A DNA stretch of 63,938 nt, the filler included, from Reclinomonas americana ATCC 50394 (Eukaryota), in the NCBI GenBank assembly GCA_048213135.1. It is 13 parts of 13 records of this genome, joined end to end, with 100 filler letters (N's around TTAATTAATTAA, not from the genome) between each part and the next. Parts side by side here need not be neighbours in the genome. Positions count along the whole stretch, not along the records: positions 10,274 to 15,851 come from AFZH01024046.1; positions 15,952 to 17,219 come from AFZH01024047.1; positions 17,320 to 29,306 come from AFZH01024048.1; 10 more parts are not named here. One strand, written 5' to 3'. Each line of letters begins with the position of its first letter. The stretch's first letter is position 1. Under the pieces are notes generated by a model that had not been told where the DNA came from, did not search any database, and saw only the letters and a list, made by a program, of their open reading frames with translations. Positions 13,101-24,313 of this stretch are shown here, one piece after another. The position numbers and the translations under genes were made by a program.

Positions 13101-15099
13101 GGAGAAGAGCGAAGCGATGAATCTGCGCATCAAGGAGCTGAATGAGCGCATCGAGGAACTGCAACGGCAACACGCGGAGGACATGGCGGCGATCGAGGCC
13201 AAGTATCAGGAGGAGTTGACGCAGCAACGCGAGGCTTTCCATGAGCGGTTGCGGGAGTGCGATTTGGCCATTCACAACCACAAGGAGATGCTCGAGTTCC
13301 AGAAGAAGTGCCACGAGGAGAGCATGAAGCAGATGCAGGACGACCACGACACACAACTGCAGCGCTCCAAGGAGAAGGCCCTGCTCGAGAGCCGCAAGGC
13401 CAAGGAGGACTTTGCGCAAGAAAAGGTACGCTTCGTGTCTGTTGTTTTCCCTTGCCAGTCATACCGTGGTCTCTCACTCTTTCGCTTTTTAAAGGGCGCC
13501 AAATCACTGGAAATCAACCGACGTACCAAGGCCGAGCAGGACGTGAAGAAGCTGCAGGAGCAGCTGAAGCGCAAGGAGGACCTGGTGGCCGAGATGATCA
13601 ACAAGCAACGCGACTACGAAAAGGAGATTAATCGGTTGAAGAAGGACGCGGCGGAGAAGGACAAGAACTTGATGGAGAAGGAACGCAAGGCCACCGAGTT
13701 GCGCAAGGAGAAACAGGAGCTGGAGAAGTTCAAGTACGTGTCGGAGCACCGTTTCCGTGAGCTGGAGAGCCAAGTCGGGCCGAAGAATGCCGAAATCGAA
13801 AAGATGGAGCGCGAAATCGTCGGCATGAATGAGGTGTGTGGAGTGTGGGAAGAGGATAGGTGGGTTGTGTGATATGGTGCTCACATGTTTGAGCAGGAAT
13901 TGGAGCGCTACGTGATGGAGAACAGCTTGCTGAAGACCAAGAACGACGACTACAAGATGAAGGTGCACGGTGCGCGCAAGGAGAACAAGCGCCTCCAATT
14001 CCAACTGCGCGACTATGCGCTGTTGCAACAGCGCTTCGAGCGCGATTTGCACGACCTGTTGACGGTCATTCAGGATCCGCGGGCGCTGAAGGAGCGCGTG
14101 CGTGAGCTGCACGAGTTGTATGTGGAGCAGCCGCAGCAGGTGGGTGGAAAGGGGAAGGAGAGGGGGAAGGGGAAGAGGGAGAGGAAGAGATGAGAGAGAG
14201 AGAGCAAGGGGATGAGGAGAGAGTGCAGGAAAAATGTGAATTAGAAAGTGGAGGAAAAGTTAAGCGTGATTAACGTGGAGAGGATAGGAAACGCACGGAG
14301 GGTTTATTGTTCGGCGAAGTGAGGGCAAAGTGAGAATGAGAAGGAGATGATCTGCAGGAGAGCTTGAGATATGGTAGACGAAGTGTTTATTTCTTGAAGA
14401 ATCTCTCTCTCCTTCATTTCTGTCTTCTTTGCCTGCTCGGGCGCTGGGTAGTTGCCGTCATGTGGACTTATGTGCGCCTTTTGTCACTGTACAGACGGCT
14501 GGTGGTGACGAGCCGCTTCGTGACGAGTACTCGCGGCAGCGCGAGTATCTGGAGAAGCAAGTGGAGTCGCTGAAGAAGAAACTGGCCAAGGACACGGAGA
14601 CGCAGCGCAAGGAGAACAGAAGAGTTTCGTTGATGCCGCTGGCACCCACAACTCTTCTATGCGTGGTCTGACTTTGTGTCGTACAGATTCTCCAAGAAAA
14701 CATCACTCTGATTCACGAAATCAACGAGTTGAGAAGAGAAAACAAGGCACTGCGCAGCATGGGCGCTGGCCAACGACCCGGTGCCGGTAGCTCGCACCGC
14801 CGACAGAGCTTCTTTGTCACGCAACAGGACGGCACGCAGCACGCTGGCGGTGGAGCGGGTGGAGGCTTTGACGTTGCGTCAAGGGATGGTTGCCCGGCTA
14901 GCCCCTCTTCCACACTCAGTTCTCACATGGCGTACAGGATTTTGATCCGCTTCGCGAGATCGAGCTGCAAAAGGCCGAGATTCAGCGGCTGCGAGCACGC
15001 ATTGAGGAGCTCGAGGGCCTGCACCGGCCGCAGTCACGAGAGCGACTGCCACCAATACACGGTTTCGACGCGACGGAGGAGATTGAATTTGCTCCGTGA
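9539..15099 (+). CDS. CFAP57: Cilia- and flagella-associated protein 57 (WDR65): WD40 N-terminus plus coiled coil; multi-exon, spans the spacer at 10174-10273
   Basis: Spliced N-terminus RHVFGMQSDV...LYPAGRCIV...VQRFI; motifs [97 protein letters not shown] and C-terminal RLPP; TGA 15097-15099. Confidence 0.93.
9911..10173. repeat. Two ~45-bp direct repeats (9911-9955, 10051-10095) and a (GA)n microsatellite in CFAP57 intron 2
   Basis: ACAACTCCAGAACCTCGCAAATCGTG occurs twice, 140 bp apart; the (GA)n run reaches the contig end. Confidence 0.8.
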
Positions 15100-15177
15100 T
15101 CGCCGCCGCCGCTGCCGCCGCTCTTGTTTCCTCTTGGCTAATCCAAACAATGTACAATTTGTGGCTAATCTTGTTTT

Positions 15178-15851
15178 TCATCTGCCTACGCTGACGATGG
15201 TGCCGTCGGCGGCCGCCGAGTACGCTCTGACCTTGGCCTCGGCTGGCGATGATTCGGCCTCCTCACTGGCCTGCAATGTTTCGCACTCGTCCAACAAACT
15301 GTGTGTGTGTGTGTGTGCACGCGCGCGACACGGTGGGTGAACAGAAAAAAAGGGGGGCAAGAATCACACGCATGCAATGAGGACGCAACAGCCGCATCGC
15401 CACATCGCCCGGCTCGGTGGCCAAGAACACACGAGCGTGTGCGATTGCGTTGGCATAGCGGCGGGCATTGTACGCGTCGACAGCGCTGTTTGCCAGCGCC
15501 ACTCGTGCACGCTCCTCGGCTGTCGCCTCCGATAGGGACGTCACCAGTTCGTACTGTTTTGTTGTCGGCGTTTGTGAGGACTGAAAAGGGGAGAAGTCGT
15601 GAGAGAGGGCAGAAGACGCAACAACAGTGGTGTATCCGCGCCCGCCCTTGGTGGGAATCGGCTGCAGGGCGCGGAACAAGAAGAGAGAGCTGGCTTGTGC
15701 GACAACGTCCTCCGTCACCACCACTGATGTCAGCAGCTTCTTGTTCAGCGCGTGGCAACGACTGGCCAGGGTGACCGTGTCACCCAACTGTAGAAAAGAA
15801 GTAAGATTTGGAAACGCGGGCTGCAGCTCAGAGAGACACACACACACACAC
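15178..15851 (-). CDS. Hypothetical protein (5'-partial) with a TPR-like helical pair, convergent with CFAP57
   Basis: Introns 15622-15554 and 15389-15299, both with GTTGCGT donors, join GYTTV|YELVTSL...AVDAYNARRYANAIAHARVFLATEPGDVAMRL|LLDECETLQ...; stop at 15178. Confidence 0.55.
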
Positions 15852-15951
15852 NNNNNNNNNNNNNNNNNNNNNNNNNNNNNNNNNNNNNNNNNNNNTTAAT
15901 TAATTAANNNNNNNNNNNNNNNNNNNNNNNNNNNNNNNNNNNNNNNNNNNN

Positions 15952-16091
15952 GCAAAAAGCATGTCCCATTCCGGCTTGAGCGCCAGGAAAGCGTCGCGGC
16001 CGCCGAGGATCTCGACGGAGAAGCCCACCCCGACCTCGGCATCGGGCGAGGGCGATCCTTCCATATCCCTGCGCATGGGCTTGGCAGGCAT
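15952..16091 (-). CDS. Bacterial GNAT-type acetyltransferase (CelD/BcsL-like), N-terminal fragment
   Basis: ATG immediately after the upstream stop; FLALKPEWDMLF resembles the F.AL..EW..L start of this family; cut by the contig end. Confidence 0.4.
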
Positions 16092-16093
16092 GC

Positions 16094-16747
16094 TCAACCC
16101 TGACCGCGGATATGGTCGATCAGGCGCTTGGCCCCGGCCAGGCGGAACTTCGCGAGATAGGGCGCGAGCAGCAGCGGATGCCGGGCGGCGAAGGGCGCAT
16201 CATGCTCGACCATGTGCCGGATGGCGAGAACCGGCAGCGGCGCCCGCAAGGGCCGGAAATCACTGTTCCACAAACCCGGTGCGTCAGAGGTCTCGTACAT
16301 CAGCCCGATCATCCGGCCACGCGCGAGCGAATAGAATTTATGCCGCTTTTGGACGCGCTGCAGCATGGCAACGCCGCGCTGATCGCTGCAGTTCGGGAAG
16401 CCGACGATGACAGTGCGGAAATGCACCATGCCGGGCTTGCAGGGGATCGCGTCGAGCGCGCCGAAGCTGGCGCGGATCAGGGCGAAGGCGCGCTCCTCCT
16501 CATCGGGCCTGGCGCTGCAGATGGCGAGACGCGCCGTGTCGATGCGCGCGGCCTGGCGGGTGAAGGGGCAGACGGCGCCGGTGCGGCCGAGATCGGGATG
16601 CTCGCGCATCAGATAGTTCTCGACCCAGCCCAGCAGCGTGGCGAGCGAGGCATTTTCCCCGGCATCGGCGGCGATATCGGCGCGTGCCTGCGCGAAGGTC
16701 AGCAGCGCATCGCGCGCTTCTGCCGTTCTCGCCACCCTGTCCAGCAT
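16094..16747 (-). CDS. Bacterial DUF6875-type protein
   Basis: 217-aa intronless ORF with HPDLGRTGAVCPF and FRPLRAPLPVLAIRHMV motifs. Confidence 0.75.
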   Translation of the reverse strand: MLDRVARTAEARDALLTFAQARADIAADAGENASLATLLGWVENYLMREHPDLGRTGAVCPFTRQAARIDTARLAICSARPDEEERAFALIRASFGALDAIPCKPGMVHFRTVIVGFPNCSDQRGVAMLQRVQKRHKFYSLARGRMIGLMYETSDAPGLWNSDFRPLRAPLPVLAIRHMVEHDAPFAARHPLLLAPYLAKFRLAGAKRLIDHIRGQG

Positions 16748-16840
16748 GAGAAACCCCTAGGCCTATGCAACCGGGGATAGCAGCCGCGCCTTAGGGAATG
16801 GTTGACGAGGTCTTGTCGCAGATAGTGGCGGCGTTAGGGT

Positions 16841-17219
16841 TTAGGAAAGCTTATCGTCCCCGGACCAGCCACAAGCCGCGAGCGCGGCCTGCATATGTGG
16901 CGGCGGCGGAGCGGAGATCCGTACCGGTTCGCGCTTCGGGTTGAGCGGGATCGCGATGCCCTGGGCATGCAGGTGCAAACCCGGGCCGGCGTCGCGCGGC
17001 GCGTCGCCGTAGATTTCGTCGCCACGGATCGGCCCGAAACTGGCAGCGCAATGCACGCGCAACTGGTGCGTGCGCCCGGTCAGCGGCTCGAGCGCCAGCC
17101 AGGCAAGTTGAACACCGTCTAAGATTCCGCGGCCGAGCACGCGGTAGCGTGTCTGCGACGGCAGGCCGTCCGGGTCGGGCTTCATCCACCAGCCGCGCTC
17201 GGGCGAGCGCTTCGCCAGG
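16841..17219 (-). CDS. rluA: RluA-family RNA pseudouridine synthase, C-terminal part (Alphaproteobacteria-like)
   Basis: TGRTHQLRVH, PIRGDEIYG and LHLHA motifs; 5' end cut by the contig end. Confidence 0.88.
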
Positions 17220-17383
17220 NNNNNNNNNNNNNNNNNNNNNNNNNNNNNNNNNNNNNNNNNNNNTTAATTAATTAANNNNNNNNNNNNNNNNNNNNNNNNN
17301 NNNNNNNNNNNNNNNNNNNTTTTCGAGGAGCCTTAGTCCTGGAAAATCAACTTGTTTCAGGTGCATTGCCTGTCGATTCAGAG

Positions 17384-17625
17384 CGCAGATGCTTGTTCTC
17401 CGTCTCACGCCCTCCCAGAATCACCCAGTGGTCACCTCCGGCGACGCACCGTTGCCGAGGTGTGTGAGTTGCAAAAACCGGCACCAATGCGTCCGAGAAT
17501 GTACGTTGACCCTGCTGATTCTGACAGCAGATACTTGTTCTCCGTCTTGCGCCCTCCAAGAATCACCCCTTTGTTGCGTCAACACGATCAGCCGATCTTG
17601 AGCAGTGAGTGTTGCAAAAACTGGG
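17384..17625. repeat. ~144-bp tandem duplication just outside the transposon end
   Basis: GCAGATRCTTGTTCTCCGTCT..CGCCCTCC.AGAATCACCC at ~17385 and ~17528, each followed by GTTGCAAAAACYGG. Confidence 0.65.
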
Positions 17626-17658
17626 TCAATCTATATGCACTGGTTAATTTTTTGGGGG

Positions 17659-18100
17659 CGAATCCGGCGAATATCGGTGGACGTATAACCGCATGACACG
17701 TTTGGCCGGATTCGTGGCAGGGCCACCGGATTCGCTCAGCGGCGCGCGACAGCGCGCCGCGCATCCCGAGCGATTTTCCAAATCCGGCGATCAAAACTCT
17801 TGCGGAATTCGCGCGAATCCGGCCGTACGGCCACCGTATTCGCTCTGCAACAAGTGCCGAATACTGCGTCGAATCCGGTGGCTTGCCGTATTCGCCCTGC
17901 AGCAAGTGCCGAATACTGCGTCGAATCCGGTGGCCTGCCGTATTCGCTGAGCAACAGCTACCGTATACTGCGTCGAATCCGGTGGCTTGCCGTATTCGCA
18001 GTGTGTGTGAGATCGCCAATCCACAGTATTCGCCGTGGTACTCGGCCAGGATTCGCGGCCTGATGCTTCGTGGTTCCACCGTATTCGTCGCGAATTCGGC
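17659..18100. repeat. Subterminal repeat array: 52-bp tandem units (17834, 17886, 17938, partial 17990) and CGAATCCGG / CCGTATTCG motifs in both orientations
   Basis: Directly visible; each unit contains the inverted pair GTATTCG...CGAATAC (imperfect in the third unit). Confidence 0.85.
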
Positions 18101-18160
18101 ACTGTAGACCTTATTTACATAAGAATAAACGACTGATTCATTATTCAATTGCTGCTAAAA

Positions 18161-21100
18161 TCACTCTTCCAACGGTATGCTGGACCTGTAGTCGAGGACT
18201 GCACCCAGAGCGAAGCCTACTGCCTCTTCCGCACTGTCGGCAACCTTGGTCAGTTCCGCCATGTTGCGCAACTTGAAGCCAGTCAAGAAATCCCGTCCCC
18301 GTAACCGCGTCGGTGGTGCGTCAGCTGCGGCAGATGGCTGTCGCCCTCTACCACGGCTCGTCGCCTGACCGTGCACGACACCAGTTGCCACAACCGTTGC
18401 CAAACCAAGAAGGTGATGAACTGGAACCCAGTTTGCAACCATGATCGGCCGTTCCTCAGCTGGCAATCGCAACGAATCCAACGACACGAGTGGCACAATG
18501 CTTGTGCCTGCCGGCGCACCATCTACATACGATCCCGGCAGGAAATTGGGGAAAGCCTCGCACGCTGCGCTGGCCGGGGGAAGGAAGTCACAGAGTGCCA
18601 CACAGTACCAGTATCGACCGTCAACACCACGTGTACCGCGTTGAGAACGATGCAGAAGTCTCTCGTCCACTGGAACTGATACAAAGTATCGTATGCGCCC
18701 GAATCTGACACACCAGTCCCTAACTCGCCGCTGCTGCTCATGTGACAGCACGTGTACCGACTCGCCACTGGCACCAGCAGCGGCGCTCGCAGACCTGGCA
18801 ACACCAGTAACCGCACCGTAACCAGCTGCGTGCTCTCGAACTGGTACAGGAGTCTTGATGTGTCCACGAGCACGCTCTGCCGAGTGAGAGACGACGTCAG
18901 TGGCGCACGTCCAATGCTCCTCGTCATCAGAACCGTCACTGTCGGTGTCGTCCATGCTGTCGTAGTGGTGTTCGTCACGAGAAGTGTCTGTGCAGAGTAC
19001 AATGTCAACCATTCGAATGGAAAGGAGCAGAAAGCAGTTGTACAAATGTACACACCTTTTGCGCTGGCCTTGAGTTCTCCACCAGGCCTGTCACCGGCCG
19101 ATTCTGCACCCTCAAATAAGTCAACGTAGTCTTCTGCTGCTGCAGATTGGACTCCAGACATCCGTTCCAATGCTGCCTCTGGTGACCTGTACTCCACCGT
19201 CCAGAAGAAGCTGTTCTTGGAAGACACCTTGTGCGACTCGCTGAAGAACTGCTGCCCTCGAATGAGGCAAGCACTAAAAAGCCGCACCTCCAAATCCATC
19301 AAATCAGTCGCTTGCAGTCCGTGAAGCTGGAGAAATTCGACCAAAGTATCAGCTACTGCAGGGCCAAGATCACGAACACGATTCGGGTGCTGAGCAGACC
19401 GCCGAGTCGCAGCGGAGTTCCGTGTGGTGCGGGGAATACCGTCATGTGCTGCTGCTGAGCTACCCGCAGCACCTGCGACGTCACGTGGCAGTGCCTCGAG
19501 AAACCACGGTCGGCGGAGAGCAAAGGACGATAGAATGCCCTCCAACTCCCACCCCTCGAAGCCAAGGAAGGCCTTAAAGTTCGCCGCGTCCACTGATTCG
19601 GCGAGCGCGTCCACTGACAATGAGTCTGGCGACGTCATGTAACCACGCCGCTCATACAGTTTCCTCAAACACTCGGCGGCGAGGTGCACTGTGCGCGCCC
19701 AAAGCAAGTAAGATTACGTACAGAATTGCGCACAAGCTCCACCACGTGCGCGGCCACTCGTGCACTCACTTCTCCTGTTGCTGACAGATAACTTGCGAAG
19801 AATGTCCATCATCCGCTCGACAGAAAACAGCCACGTGGAGCCCGGTGGTCCCCAACGCCTCACCAGTTCTGGTATATGTTCCAACCGGTGGAAGAGTGCC
19901 TTGATGCCATGCGATCCGACAAGTGTGGAAACGGAGGTGAGGAAGTTTCTGATGATCTCTTGCAGTGCGTCCACCTGCGCGTCAGCATTATCCAGTGAGC
20001 TATCTGGTCAAGCTTGCGATTCGGGCATGCAGCAGTCGGTTCACCTCAGATCGCAACACTCGGTATTTAGTTGAGAACACTGCAATATGTCGAAGAAGCA
20101 CAATCGCACGCATGGTGTCTCGTGAGACGATCCCGGCGAAACACACAATCGCCATATGAATGGCAAAGGTAAACCATTGATGTGCTGTACGAAAACAAGC
20201 ACACACAGAGCAGGCTGGCAATCAGACAGAGTGCCACACTGTGCAGCCGGTGCACACACTCAACTTTTTAGTTTGCTGCCAGGACGGGAAGGATCGGGTA
20301 AACGATCAATTGTGGACAACAACTCAGAGTTGCACACGGCGAAGCGCTGTCGGAAGACAGCGAGCGCGTCAGCTGTGAGGTGCGGGCACTCAGTCAGCGA
20401 ACCGTTGTGAACAGTGCTTCTCACAGTCCACTGTCGACTGTCGTACCTTTAAGCGTGATGTTGGACCGGAGACTGGCATCCTCGCCGATCAGCCACAGAA
20501 AGAATCGCTTGATGACTCCACTCCCAACAACATGCATGGAGTCGTAAACAACGTCGTGTGGTCGGCGGCAGTGTGGTAATTCGTCTAGTATGCAGCGTCT
20601 GCGATGCAGGAGAGAGCAGTGTTTGTTGGTGAAAAGGAGGGTGGGTGTAGAAGTGACCGGCAATACACGAACCGCATGCCATTCACCGACTGCACAAGTC
20701 TCTGGTTTTCCATGATGCCATTTGCCGCTGCAACATCGTCCGTCGTGCGTGGAAGGTGCCTGGTGAGTGGCCAGCCGATCCCGTCTACAGTTTTCGTGCT
20801 TTTCGTATGGCAATGAATGCACCTACAGATGCACAAACAGATTGAGCAAGTGAAAGAGAAGGCATGTAGTGGGGGGTGTGACAGAGACGTATTGAGGGAC
20901 TCACCACGAGTTGTAGCTGAGCACGCTGACCATTTTGTGCAACGCTGGTAGATCGCACACGACATAGGCGATGACGACATACATCTTCACACGACTGCCG
21001 TCAGCATGTGACACTGGGACACCTATGCCACGGTACCACCGGTGTGTTGAATTGAGCACAAGAGGGAACCCACACCCGCGACAAACATGCACGCACCGTC

Positions 21101-21195
21101 TGTCCCAAGTCGCTTGAACATCTCAACAAATGGCTTCAGAATGCCGTTCATCGTCTGTATCCACAATCGTAGTCAGTCGCTGACACTCTGTTCGC

Positions 21196-21236
<41 letters not shown>

Positions 21237-24025
21237 CACCCCACTTACTTCGCTCGATTCTGTTGGTCCGGGAAGCAACGCTGAGCGGTGATGGCAAGGT
21301 TCAGCCGCTGATTGAGCAAACAATTGGCATGCAGATCACGACAAACGAACACTGCCTCACCAAGAATAATGACATTCTCGGGCCTGGTTCGCACCCTCTC
21401 GTCCAGATTCAGAATTTGCAAGGTGAGAACGCCCATCGAATAGCTGGTGCGCTCATATTTTGAAAGCCAATCAACCGACAGCCGACAGACAAGCGTGTTA
21501 CACGCAAGCCCGTCCGTTCGCAGCATGTCTTTGAACTAACAACAACGAGCACCGAATTGAGCATGGAAACAGTGAGAGACGAGAAACAATCGGTGCAAGG
21601 CCCACTTGCCTTTTCAGCCAGAAGACGCATCCCCTCGTTGTTGTAGGCGCTGATGACCTCATTCTCCTCCAAGGCGGCTCGAAAACGGGTCGGAAAAGTG
21701 CGCATGTCGTCTTGCACTCTCGCCTCTTGGAATACCCGCTTCAGTTCCTTGACAACGTCTATGGTTGCCAGCATGTCCTTGACGGGGACATAGTGATCGA
21801 TGTCGTACCACCGTTCCTTCACAGAACACCACAAATGATGAGCAAAAGGTGAATAAACAACAGGAGCATCGCAACATTCACCTTTTTAAATACACGAGTT
21901 TCGCAGTCTGCACACAGCCGCGTTGCACACTCTGGCCGAGTGCACAAATTCTTGTTCCTCGTCCCTGACCTCTGCGTTTCAGAGTGCAATGAACAACGAG
22001 TTTCACACACACTACAACACAAGCACGCTCACCGTGAGTGTCATCGGCATGATTTCGTCAACGATAAATAATCGTTGGCATTTATCGTTGGGACACAGGA
22101 TGAACTCCACAATGGATGGCACAGAATCCGTTCCCTTGTTGACCAGGCCGGCACGAATCACCGCTTGTTTTGCCTTGTCGACGAGAGTGCAAGTTGTCAG
22201 TGTATATCTTGATGATGAAGTAAGCAACCCGTCTCAAACTCACAGTTGGTACTTTTTTCGAAAGAGTTCCTACGACCGAGCGCACAGTGGACCTTGTCAC
22301 GCTTCCGTCCTGCACTTGGTCGACCACCTCGGACGAAAGGCACAAAACCAAGGAGCGCACCAGCTTCAGCAGCTTCTCCGTGACCGTGTCGGGCAAGAAT
22401 GCCTCCGCAGTGATGCACAAGAGTTTGTACTCGGCAAGACGAGCAAACTGACCCTCGCCGGCAGCAAGACACCGTCGGAAAGCATCTGCAGCACACGCAG
22501 ATTCAGATGTACGACTTGCGCAAGAAGCGACACTGCTGTACACAGAACAAACCCTCGTCTGATTCGCCTGCAAGTAAATGACCCTCCGACGACACGTCGG
22601 AGGTAACTGACAGCGAAGCCCGCGCACGCATCTTCGCCATCTGTTGAAGTCGGAGACGATCAGCAGCTGCGTGGTGCACGCACATACGCGAATGAGCAAC
22701 AATCCTTGTGAAGAACTGCGCACGCAACATGCGCAATCAGCATCGAGAACGTGCGTCACCTGTAACAATGTGTGGGGGCTGGTCGGAAACCGAAAAGAAA
22801 TGTAAGGGAAGTACTTGATCATCTGGTTGCATGAATGAAGAAACAGAGGGAGGGAGTGGTGAGAAATCTGCAAGGATGCTGATTACACAGAGGAAAAGGC
22901 AGTCTCACCGTCTAGTTTCTCTTGAGCCGGTGGGCCACCGGAGCCCTCGCCGCCAAATTCGTCGGCAAAGCCATCCTCGTCGTCACTGGGCACAGAATGA
23001 ACCTTCTCGAACTCAGCCTCTTGTTCAGCATGAATCACTCTCGCGTGATGTCCACCGAGTTCACCTTCACGGTCTTCGTCTCCCTCCGGCACAAGGAAAC
23101 TCGGAACGAGGCTCGCACCACCCTGCATTCACAAATGTCATGAGCTCAATCACTGGTCAAGGGCATGAGCTTGTGTGCCGGTGTGCAAAGAAAGGAGAGC
23201 GATGGGAAGAAGAGAGTGTGTTTCCACGCGCGCGCGCGCGCCCAGGGGGGGAAATGTCATGACAAACACACGCACAAAACAACCACCACACGCACACACG
23301 CAGCACAGAGGAGATGTAGATGACATGTGTTTGCGCGCTGCAGAGACACGTGGCCACGGCGCACTGAAGAAAACCAAGAGAGTAAAGAATCACGATGCAC
23401 TGGTTGTTCATCAACCGAATCACACACAGACGCACAGCACGGAAATGCACAACACAGCGCCGTTCACACTCGCAAAGCACAGCAGAGCACACACTCACAC
23501 ACACACACACGCGTGCACGTGCACGAACAGCAACAAAGAGTAAAAAAGAGCGCGAAACGCGCGCGAGGACATGTCGCGCGCGCCATGTGTGCACAAGTTT
23601 GTGCGCTGCAGCACTCTCTGGCCAACGAGCGTACCGACAACAATCACACATATGCGCACAGAGGAAACAAGTGCGACGATCACAGGAGCAGCGCAGAAAG
23701 TGTGACGGAGAGAGCGACATGGGGGAATGTGCCCTCGCAAGACTCAACTTTCAACGAGCTCAGAGCCTCAAAGCACCGTACAGACAACCGCAGTTGGTTC
23801 GCAGCCTTTGCACCATGACTGAGAGCGGCAGCTATTCAGTCGCGCGCAAGTCAGACAAGCAGCGAGAGATGGCCTTGACACAACAATAACCACAAATAAT
23901 GACACACCGTCGTCCTGTGACGTCTGCGGCTTTGCGGAAACTGCATGTGCATTCTTCTGTTTTTGAGCCTTGTCAGCTTTGGCAGCGAGTCTCTGAGAGA
24001 TGCGCCTCTGGTCTTCGCTGTCCAT
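18161..24025 (-). CDS. CACTA/EnSpm transposase (Transposase_21/tnp2 plus DUF4218-like regions), intron-rich; start tentative
   Basis: Ordered motifs: CPNDKC...CTRPEC, RLSVDWLSKY...YSMGVLTLQILNLDERVRTRPENVIILG, LLPGP, VVCDLPALHK, YDSMHVVGSG, KTHQWFTF, FHRLEHIPELVRRWGPPGSTWLFSVERM. Catalytic D/D/E positions appear present. Confidence 0.85.
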
Positions 24026-24313
24026 CTCAGTGTCAATAGAACTAATAAATTTCGATTCAGGCGAAGGAAGATTCTATTTCACTATCTCCGTCGCACTCCA
24101 CGCAGCGCTGTCTTCGCTCCGAGAGTGCGCACACCAGACGGCGATTGTCGTGTACGCCGACTAGTTACCTGTCTGTGTGCATGTGCGTGTACTTGCCGTT
24201 CGTTGTTTGCAGAAAGTTTTTCCGTGCAAGGCTGAATTGTGACTCGTGCAGATTGCACTCACTCCACCCGCACGCGCGCACGCCTAGCCTACATCCTCTT
24301 CCAGTATCTGAGA

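Noticed and set aside
15770..15847. F-box-like LTSFLQLGDTVTLASRC
   Set aside because: The LTSFLQ part overlaps a likely intron pyrimidine tract and CAG acceptor, so the match is probably spurious.
15952..17219. Horizontal transfer of bacterial genes into the eukaryote (also 57568-63938)
   Set aside because: Each bacterial block is a separate contig bounded by spacers, with no junction to eukaryotic sequence.
17834..17999. CRISPR-like array (palindromic ~38-bp repeat with short variable segments)
   Set aside because: The variable parts are only ~14 nt and resemble each other, no cas genes are present, and the position matches transposon subterminal repeats.
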